A stretch of 60,470 bases of DNA, counting the filler, from Hausera hauseri (taxonomy: Eukaryota): assembly GCA_046269625.1 (NCBI GenBank). It is 10 parts of 10 records of this genome, joined end to end, with 100 filler letters (N's around TTAATTAATTAA, not from the genome) between each part and the next. Parts side by side here need not be neighbours in the genome. Positions count along the whole stretch, not along the records: positions 1 to 8,897 come from JBJURY010506574.1; 9 more parts are not named here. One strand, written 5' to 3'. The notes under the pieces are model-generated. The model did no database searches. It was given only the letters and a program-made list of their open reading frames with translations, and was not told the DNA's origin. The position numbers and the translations under genes were made by a program. The first letter of the stretch is position 1. Every line of letters starts with the position of its first letter. This document shows positions 1 to 8,997 of this stretch, in pieces.

Positions 1-26
1 GCCCTTTTCGTCATTTCGGTCGTCTT

Positions 27-1493
27 TTAAATTTGGTCGGTTTTAGTCATCTTATGTGTTCTTCTAAATATATAATCATATAAGGAAGGTTTCTTCTTTG
101 GGTTTTGGATCGGTAATTCGATCTTTTCCTTTTTCTTCGGAATTCGAAAGATCTTGAAAATTACGTTTTTGGTCAATTCTTCAGTCGATTTTTCGGATTT
201 CCTGTAGCTGGTACCGGGTAGTTCACTTAAGGTAATTTGAAGTGCAGTTATCTTCAAATTCTCCGTTTTTGTAATTTCGTCAGTTTTATACGGTTAATAC
301 TGTTTCCGGTACTTTCTATTTATTCTGTCTGGATTCGAAGAACTACATAAGTTGCGTTCAGGGTTACGAGGAACCCGTTCGTGTTCCCACTTAATCCGGC
401 ATAAATATCTCGGAGATATTGGGTGCGTTGGCTTGCTGTTAACATTTTACTGACCTTGATGCGGCCATTACTCATGGCATCTACTACTAGCTTGAAGTAA
501 GCGTCCGTGATTCTCGGCATCGGGTAGTCACTTTCCCGTAACTATTTCTTCGTCCATTCGGCGATATCAGAGTGCGTACCGAGCTCTCTTATTCCTGAGA
601 GTTTCGAGTAAGGAAACTCCAATAGGGTTATAACTTCCTCCACACGGTATCCAGCAAGGATGTATCCGTAGAGACAATGTTCTAATTCTGTTTGTACAAC
701 TCTGATGTCCTTCCCCTTCCTAAGGTTTTCTTTACGAATTCCTGTTTGATCATAATGTCCCTCTGACGCGTTTCCTAGGGCTAATAATTGTATGGTATGT
801 TTCCATTCCATTTGTTTCTCTGACTGAAACCTCCAGCAGAATTTTCTCCGTTTTACTCCCTTCGTCACAGTTGATGGCTATAATTCTTACATTTCTGGCA
901 TTTGGTACTAGTCTATATGAGTACAAAGAATCTTCTAATTCTTTTTATAACGGTTTCTGCTGAACTTTTAGGGACGGCAACGGATCATGGGATTGTTCAT
1001 CACATGTTACTTCAAACATCGTCTTGACCGGAGAAGCGGCAACTGGGAATTCTAATTCATGATTTTGCAGATCTTCACTCCGTAATTTAAGAGTACTAAA
1101 CCTATATTGGCTTTCGTTTCCCGTGCTGCACTCTTGGTCTCGGAGCCGGTAATATATTTCGCCATCGGCTAGATGAACATGTAGGTTCCGGCCGAATTGG
1201 TAATTTATTAAGTGCTTGAGTGAATAAGCCTTGGCGTCTCGGTCTTCTCTCAGGGTATAAAGATAGATGACTCTGGCTTCTTCTTTGGTGCACTTTAAAT
1301 TATTCGGAATGGTATGAACCTGATCATATTTTACGGCTGCTCTCCCGTGCAGTTCGTTACGGATTTCTTGATAAATAAAATTAGAGTTCATGATAAGTAT
1401 GGTAGCGCAATCCTGTAAAAATTCGTCGATACTACATCGGCATCCCAAAAGGACTTCTTTTTTTGGTTCGTCGATGCTACATCGTCCGGCCAT
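27..1493 (-). pseudogene. Orphan 3' accessory ORF (~490 codons when reconstructed), copy A
   Basis: Track ORFs 945-1493, 542-868, 320-520 and 27-257 read through single stops or frameshifts. They are homologous to 39124-40408 and 28027-29502 (shared YLRDIY.AL.W.HE motif). Confidence 0.7.
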
Positions 1494-1503
1494 GTTCTTA
1501 GAT

Positions 1504-1534
1504 CTAAATAATAAACAATAAGGGTTACTCTTAC
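1504..1534 (-). promoter_or_regulatory. Putative splice acceptor before the orphan ORF (copy A)
   Basis: GTAAGAGTAACCCTTATTGTTTATTATTTAG followed 10 nt later by ATG; conserved in copies B and C. Confidence 0.55.
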
Positions 1535-1589
1535 AGTAAACAATGTTGCTAAAGTTAAACTAATGATATAATAACCCGCTCTGTAATTG

Positions 1590-3030
1590 TCAGGTTATTT
1601 TATCATATAGATCAATAGGGGCTTCCAATTCCTTTAGTTCCAACTCTGTAATTTTAGGACGCTTAGAATGATAATTTTTGGCAACTGACCGAAAAATCGG
1701 AATTAGTATAATGAGAACAAACGTTGATAGCACGACAATGGATATTATCGGTAGTGTTAATTCCATTGGGGCTTGTGTGGTGACTGGAGTTGTGACTTCG
1801 TTGTCTATGTTTTCGTATATATACGATTCTGAACGAATTTCGTCTAAGGTACGCAATGCAATTGTTTGATTTTGTTTATTCTCTGCATATACTTGTACTT
1901 TGTAATCGGATCGTGGTTTTAACAAATTGCATTTTGTCTGATAAGTGTTTTTAAATAGTGTTACAATTTGCTTATTATACGTTGTTCGGCAGCTTATATG
2001 TATATCGTAATTTAGTTTTTCCTATACAAAGAACACAATTTTAAATCGATGTGCCGAATATTTAACAGGTACACTTTCTAATTCTCTTCTAGGTCCACTG
2101 CTTGATGTAACGGGTCTCATAATGGCACTAACTCGAGTAGTCGGCTTTTCGGTTGTCGTTTCTATTGGAATCATGCATATTCTATTCTTTGGCTAATAAG
2201 TTCGCGGATGTTTGCTCGGTTTATTCGGTCGTACTTCATATAAGTCAAATTTTATTTTGAATTCATGGTTTACTGGTACCTTACAGCATGTGTATTGCAC
2301 ACAGGCATGAACGGAACAGAATTTTATTTTCGGAGTTTTTCGTCTACTGCTTCGAAAACAATACTAATTTTTTGACTAATTGTTAATCCTGTTCGAGCAT
2401 CTACTTGGATGCATTGTTTTCCTTGGTATACTAAGATCTCTTTGATATTTTCATCTTATAGCCTTATATTTGCGTCGGTGGATTGTAGCATTTCGTCGAG
2501 TTTCACTTCGAATTGTCTAGGCCAAGTGGGAATGACCAACTAAAGTCGTTGGTTTACTTCGATATAAACTTCTGATGAGCCTGGTAAGTATAGTCGAGAA
2601 GTAAAGATGTAAACATGTTCATAATTTATGTCGCAGCATTGTGTATAATCTCCGGGTTCAAAATCGCGGTTTTTTACTTCTTTTGTTGTTACATCATATG
2701 GTACAACTTGAAATCTTCCGAAATCGTGATGCGGTGTCCAAGTTTTAAATCCGACGCACACAGAGTCTGGCGAAAAGTAATGAGCCTTCATTGATTGTAT
2801 TAAAATAGTGTCTTCTCGTTTTCGGATCTCTCAGGCCGTTGGTTTCGTTTCCATTATAGTATTTATAGGCTTTGATCTGCCTTTCCGAATTCCATATACG
2901 TCTCCTAGCATAGTTCTATCGTCCCACCATTGAGTTTGTGTTCTTGGAATGTAAGATGTATTTAGTGATAGTGCTAAAACTATCTGAACGTATGATATCG
3001 GTCTAGCAATTATTGAGGAAGTTTTTATCT
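1590..3030 (-). pseudogene. Type-I membrane protein: signal peptide, two Cys modules, FN3-like domain, Thr-rich stalk, TM, short tail
   Basis: Hydrophobic ISYVQIVLALSL in frame after IN; LKPRSDYKVQVYAEN matches the FN3 L.P.T.Y.V.V.A.N signature; TM LPIISIVVLSTFVLIILIPIF; tail ends YDKIT. Confidence 0.7.
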
Positions 3031-3059
3031 CGCGATGACGTAAATTGCAACGTTTATTG

Positions 3060-4200
3060 GGCCGTATCTCCGCCTTAACGAGTCTTTGTACTGATACGAC
3101 TTCTTCTTTGCCGTTTTTGTTAATGTACACTGTGGTTAGTGTAGTTCTGGTAATTTCGTACGGCCGTCTGCCTGTACGAGTCAATTTTAATGATGTACCT
3201 TTCTTGTCTACTGGATAATTTACATAAACCCAATTTTCTTGTTCTAAGTCATGCGGTTTCGCTTTCTTATAATATTGCTTTTTAAACTGTTCTTGATATT
3301 CTTGGGACATTCTTGATATTCTTGTTACCTAAGTCTGTGGATAACACAGCTTCACGTCCATACATCATGAAAAATGGCGTAAATCCTGTTGCCGGATGTG
3401 GGGTGGTATTAATTGCAAATTGAGTTCCTTCTAAAAATTGGTCCCAATCACTTTGGTTCTTAGCTACTACTGTTGATAATATGCGTCTGACAGTTGCATT
3501 CATTCGTTCAACCATTCCATTACACTGAGAGTGATGCGCGGTAGTAGTTAACTGTTCGATTTTGAATATTTTGGTAATCTTCTTGAATAGTTCACTTGTA
3601 AAATTTCTTCCTCAATCTGTTAATATTTGTTCTGAAGGTCCATATCGCCAAATAGTTCTTCTTACTACTACTTTGGCCAAGGTTTCTGCCTTTTGGTCGA
3701 TTAACCCTACCAACTCGACAAAATGAGTCAGCCGATCAATACAAGTTAAGATGTATTTATTGTTTTTGTGAGTCGTAGAAAGCGGTCCTACGATATCCAT
3801 TGACATGGTTTGCATAGGTCTATAGGGTACATTAACTGGTTTTAATTCCGCCATGTAATTCTTTGTCTTCTTTTGTTTAGTTGCCCATACTTCACAGGCA
3901 TTTACCCAATTTTTTTACATCAATATAAATGCTTGACCAAAAGTATTTGTTCAATATCCTTTCTAATGTTTTCTTCCAGGACATGTGTCCTGCGAAATAT
4001 GAGTGGTGTACCGATATCAAAACTTTAGTTCGTAAGTTTTTCGGAATGACTATCAGTTTTCTTCCTTTTCGCTCAAAATATAGAAAGTTTTCGAGACCCT
4101 TGTTGTTTGTAACACAATATTTGTGTCCATGTCGACGCAGATGCTTCTTTAATTGTCGTCCTTTTGGTATTATATCTTTCTTAGTAAATTCTATAATCTG
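3060..4200 (-). pseudogene. Integrase (HHCC, DDE core, GPY-like C-terminus)
   Basis: MDIVGPL..NKYILTCIDRLTHF, ILTD, VERMNAT, WDQFL..FAINTTPHPATGFTPFFMMYGRE, KL..GRRPYEI. Confidence 0.93.
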
Positions 4201-4209
4201 CCGGATAAT

Positions 4210-4756
4210 TCAATCCCTTCTTTGTTCGGTTGAGATTTTAATCGCTTTATCCAACGTTAAGGCACGTTGGCAATCTATTATTTTTTCAAGCTGATTTTTC
4301 TTCATTACAGTGATTGCATTTGTTTGGGTCTTTAATCTTGATAGTGTATCGGTATCTACATGTTTATTTCCTGGCTTACATTGGAATTCGATATTGCATC
4401 TAGAAATTTCTACGATCCATCTGTTAAGTCTACATGTCGGGTTATCTGTTCGCCATTTTAAAGTCGTGACGGCTTTGTGATCAGTGACAATTATAACTTT
4501 CTGCCTGTACACGTAAACGTTGAAGTGTCGAAGCGCTTCTTTTACAGCTAGTTTCTAATTCAGTAACAGAATAATTTTTCTCGGCTTTCTTCAAGGAACG
4601 TCCTCCATAAGCAATTGGGTGTTCTAATTCTTCATCTTCTCTTTTCTGCGCTAACTCATAACCAATGCCTTCCTTAATGGCGTCTGTCTTGATTATAAAA
4701 GGTAAGCTAAAATCTGGATATCGCAAAACTGGTTCGCTTGTTAATATTTTCTTCAT
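4210..4756 (-). pseudogene. RNase H (Ty3/gypsy)
   Basis: PVLRYPDFSLPFIIKTDA, PIAYGGRSL, NYSVTELE, TDHKA, RLNRW, KPGNKH. Confidence 0.92.
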
Positions 4757-4792
4757 ATCATCAAAAGCTTTCTGTTCAACGTCTGTCCATTT

Positions 4793-5569
4793 CTATTTAA
4801 TTCCTTTTTTAAGCAAGCGGTATAAGGGTGCATTAATTTTCGAGTTATCCGGCATGTAAGTTGCGTAATATCCGCATAATCCTAACCAGTGCATTAGCTC
4901 TTTTTGATTTTGTGGTTCCATACAATCGGATATTTTGTTCAATAACGATTTATCTGGTTTCAATCCTCCTTCGCCAACTATATGACCTAAGTAGGATATG
5001 GCGTTTTGGGCCCATTTGCATTTCTTCGGATTTAATTTCAAACCAGCTTGTTCTAGTCTCATCAGCGTATGTTCGATATCTTTTAAGTGTTTCTCTTCTG
5101 TTCTCGATGCTATCATCACATCGTCTAAGTACGCAAAAGCATGATCCAATCCAATTAACATTTTGTTCATCATCCTTGTATATATGGCTGGTCCGGTAGT
5201 AATACCGAAAGGCATGACATTAAATTCATAAACGCCATCATGAGTTTTGAATGCCGTTTTATAGCGGTCTTCGTCCTCCATCTCTACTTGCCAATATCCG
5301 GATTGTCAGTCTGGAATGGTAAACCATTTCGCTCCTGAGAGTCGGTCTAACGCCTCTTTGACCGACGGTAGTGGAAAAGAATCCTTCATCATAAGATTAT
5401 TTAAGGCTCTGTAATCAATACAAAATCGATGTTTCGTGGTACCTTTCTTCTTAACCATGAGGATTGTTGAATACCAAGATTTATAGCTAGGCCTGATTAT
5501 GTCTGCATTAATCATTCGTTCGAATTCTTTTGTTATTTTGGGCCTTAATGAATGCGGCGGGGGTACCAT
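4793..5569 (-). pseudogene. Ty3/gypsy reverse transcriptase
   Basis: RFCIDYRALN, FPLP, KTAFKT..YEFNVMPFG, AYLDD, KLNPKKC, YLGHIV. Confidence 0.95.
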
Positions 5570-5970
5570 TTTGGCATCTTTTGGTCTTCCAAATCTGTTT
5601 TCTCGTTTGACCCTGGCTTTTTCTTGAATGGAATAGTTAGTTTTAAGGCTTTCGCTCTCCCGATATCTTCTTCGTCTTTTGCAATAATCGATTTATTTCG
5701 GCATAACAATTCGTAGAATCGACAATAAGACTCAGGTGAAAATTTAGTTTCGACACGAGGTGGAAATTCGGCATTCTTGTAAGGTTTTCCTTTGATAGTT
5801 ATTGACGATACTCTATACGTGTCTCCTAAAGTAGTATAAGCATGGAGCTTGACAGGAGTTTGCGCGTTATTAGCTATTCTGATTGGTACTCGACCGGAGT
5901 CTACTCTCGTTAATACATTGCTGAGTAATATATTCGGATCTAACATATCTCTTGGCTCAAAATATACTGG

Positions 5971-6400
5971 TTAATTGTCATCTTGCTGTATCTGGGCATA
6001 AATTATAATTTCTGTTCTTGGAGGAATGTTTTTGTCAACTGGTATCCACAATTCTCCAAATTTTCTATCCTTAGCATTTTTCACACCTTTTTTGGACCTG
6101 ATTTCTATTAATTTTCCTGTTTGTAAGACGATTGCTATATTTGGTAGCCTTTTCAGTAGATCACATCCTAGAATGATGTCATCCGTTAATTGTTCCATAA
6201 TTGCGAATTTATGATGAAATGTTTGCCCAACTATTTGGACTTCTGAGTTCCATTTAAACATTGGTTTTGACATTTGGCCAAAAGCTCTTGTACTTCCTGG
6301 GTCTTTTGCAGATGGAGGATATAATTGTCCTCTTAGAGTTTTGGTATTGAATCATTTTAATGCAAGACATTTCCGATCCTGTATCGATTAAGGCATAAAC
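5971..6400 (-). pseudogene. Retroviral-type aspartic protease
   Basis: VYALIDTGSEMSC at 6400-6362 (DTG at 6385-6377, not in the ORF track); DIILGCDLL downstream. Confidence 0.9.
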
Positions 6401-6990
6401 TTCCCAATTTTCAATATTGATTTTGGCGAAGGGTCTCCTTCTATTACTGTTCCGAAACAGTTCGGTGTATCCTTTGAGAGTTTTGCCCCTGATAATTTGT
6501 GTCCATTAATTCGGATTTCAAGAGAGGATACTATATTCTCCGATAATTGTTTTAATTCTTCATTTGGGTATAATTCGTTGATTTCTATGTGTACTTCTTC
6601 CGCTTCATGTGTACTGATTAGTGGTTCTCGATTATTAGTATGTAATTCAGTATTCTGGAAAGTTTTTAACCATGGATTGTCCCAAACCATTGATCGAGTT
6701 TCTATATTCCGAGGTTTTCTAGGGGAATACAACATCTTGGGACCATCCGTGGATTGTCGGTAACACATTTTCCGTAGAATTCCGTAACGCTTTGTTCCCT
6801 CATAAGGATCTTCTACATTAATTGTTCTTTTATAGATTTCCGTCTGATATAAACTCATGGATTGTTTGTCGCAATCTTCATAGAATGGAACTGTAGGAGG
6901 TAACATGGGCAATGGCGCTTTAACGACAGAGTACATCTTATGTCTATTTATTCCTAAAAGTACTTCTTCTTCCTTAGGGTCGTCATCATC

Positions 6991-8897
6991 TTAATTATTT
7001 CTTCGTAAATTGGGTTTTGAAAGTTTCTGCTTCCGCAAGAATATGAGTCTTCCTTTTCGTTTACGATTGTAATAGTCAACATGGCGTTCTACGTCCGATT
7101 TCCATCTATTTTCTTCGTACGCTTTCAAAAATTTTCCAAAAGGCGTTATGATTGCCGTCAATACCTTACATGAAAATCCAGTCAATGTAAATATTTCATA
7201 ACCACTTATTACTGCTTGGATGACTGCTTTAATCATCTGTATCAAGAAGTATATCGCTAAAAATCCGGATGCAGTTTGTCCGAATATCAGAAATTTTCCC
7301 AACATTTTGTAAGGTATTTCGGTTGTTACTCGCTGATAATGATTCACACCGAGTAAAGATTCCAATTTAGCTTGATATAGGGTGTCGTCTACTACCCACG
7401 CCATAGCTCGGTTTAACTCGTGTGCTCGTTGTCGTGGAAAAGCAAGGAATTGTCTGAAAGCCTCAATTTTTTTCGGTCTGTATATACCTTTTGAGGAGGT
7501 GTCTTAAAATTTGTCGTCAATTTATTTGGAGCGACAATAATACCTCCATTTGGCAAACTAACCCAATCTGTCTTACTACGTCTAAACATAGGTTCTCCTA
7601 AGATTGCCTTACAATTTTTAAGAATGGTCGGTTGGGTAGCGTTATCCAATAACACTTTCGTCAGCGGTGTAGCCAATCTCGGAATATTTTGGTAGATAAC
7701 AGGAAGTTCCTGGATGCAACGTTTTTCTTTTACGTTGATGGGTACATCTCTCTTTTCACATTCATAAGTTAGCAATACCTCGCTTGTAAACCTACCAAAA
7801 ATTCCTTCTTTCATGGAAATTATCGGAGAAGCTAATTCTGGGTTTGCATATATCAGAGCCATTTTAGTTCTCATAATTTGTGTATCCAATTTGCAGTCAT
7901 TCATTATCATTTTGTGATATAATTCTGTTATTCCAACTTGTCCTTTATAGTAGAAGAAATCATCTCTATTTTTCAAGTAATCTTCGACGCGGACATCCTA
8001 TGTTTCTAACTTATAAGTTTTCGCACTTATCTCCGTTTCTGCGACAAAAAACGCTTCATAGTTTGTGACAAACATCACTACATTACATGGAGAGATCATC
8101 TCTTTTTTAATAAACTTCAACCCATGTTAACCCGAAATTAATATAGTAGGTGTAGCGTGTTCCAATACATCTTCACAGGTCCTCGAATTGGATTCTGATT
8201 TGTCCACATATCGTTTTCCTGTAGTCTCATTGAACTTTAGTTCTTTAATTTTAATAAAATTACAATTTCTTCCAGAAGGAGGTTCCCATATTATCACCGA
8301 GCTTCTAAAAGCACAGGTTACATCTTGTAAATGACATTTCTGATTTTTAGTGTATAACTTAGTGACATTATGGAACATTACCTTCTGTGATCGCATTTTT
8401 GATTCGTAAAAATCCACAACCACCACATTTGATTTTAATCCTTTTCCGGTATCGTATTCGGCTCTATTACAATGTCCACTATGCATATCTAATCTTCTGG
8501 CTACTACTTTTTATGCCCTGATTATTTTCCCTGGCTGCATCTCCAATTGCATACTATCCAATTGTATTCTCCCAGTTTCCTTGGCTTGCTTGCAGTGTTG
8601 ACGTTCTAAGTTCATCGGAATTAATGGGGTTCTTGGTTTGATTATAGATGAGTGTCCATGAATCAACCCACAGTGAAAAATTCTACGTGATCGTTTCAGC
8701 ATGCATTCCATTCCATTTAGCCATATCAATTCTTACTGATGATACTGAAAATAATTTTTCTCTTTTGTCTCCAACTTGTGTGGTCTAGCATCATCGCATG
8801 CTTCCAGATCCATTAGAGAATATCTCTGTCCTAGCTTAAACTTATCGCAGTCGTAGACAGTTACAGCGTCTATATGCTTTATTAGCACCATCAAGGT
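6991..8897 (-). pseudogene. env: Chuvirus-like / herpes gB-like class III fusion glycoprotein (env)
   Basis: One frame from 8897 reads TLMVLIKHIDAVTVYDCDK..YSLMDLEAC..CMLKRSRRIFHCG..VIIWEPP..C..GIFGRFTSEVLLTYECEKRDVPINVKEKRCIQELPVIYQN..PLTKVL..C. After a frameshift near 7410 comes a hydrophobic C-terminal segment FLIFGQTASGFLAIYFLIQMIKAVIQAVISGYEIFTLTGFSCKVLTAI. This Cys/motif pattern is what I recognise from chuvirus-type glycoproteins carried by retroelements. Confidence 0.8.
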
Positions 8898-8997
8898 NNN
8901 NNNNNNNNNNNNNNNNNNNNNNNNNNNNNNNNNNNNNNNNNTTAATTAATTAANNNNNNNNNNNNNNNNNNNNNNNNNNNNNNNNNNNNNNNNNNNN
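8898..8997. other. Artificial contig linker
   Basis: N44-TTAATTAATTAA-N44, with stops in all six frames. Confidence 0.98.

Larger units (their letters stand above)
1..8897 (-). mobile_element. Degenerate retrovirus-like Ty3/gypsy element, copy A: gB-like env - PR - RT - RNaseH - IN - FN3 membrane protein - orphan ORF; both ends truncated by the contig, no LTR visible
   Basis: Ordered domain motifs on the minus strand (see sub-features). Pol order PR-RT-RH-IN is the Ty3/gypsy type. Many stops and frameshifts. Confidence 0.88.

Noticed and set aside
1-8897. Alternative genetic code or stop-codon readthrough as the explanation for in-frame stops
   Set aside because: Stops are of all three types, differ between copies and co-occur with frameshifts, which fits neutral decay.
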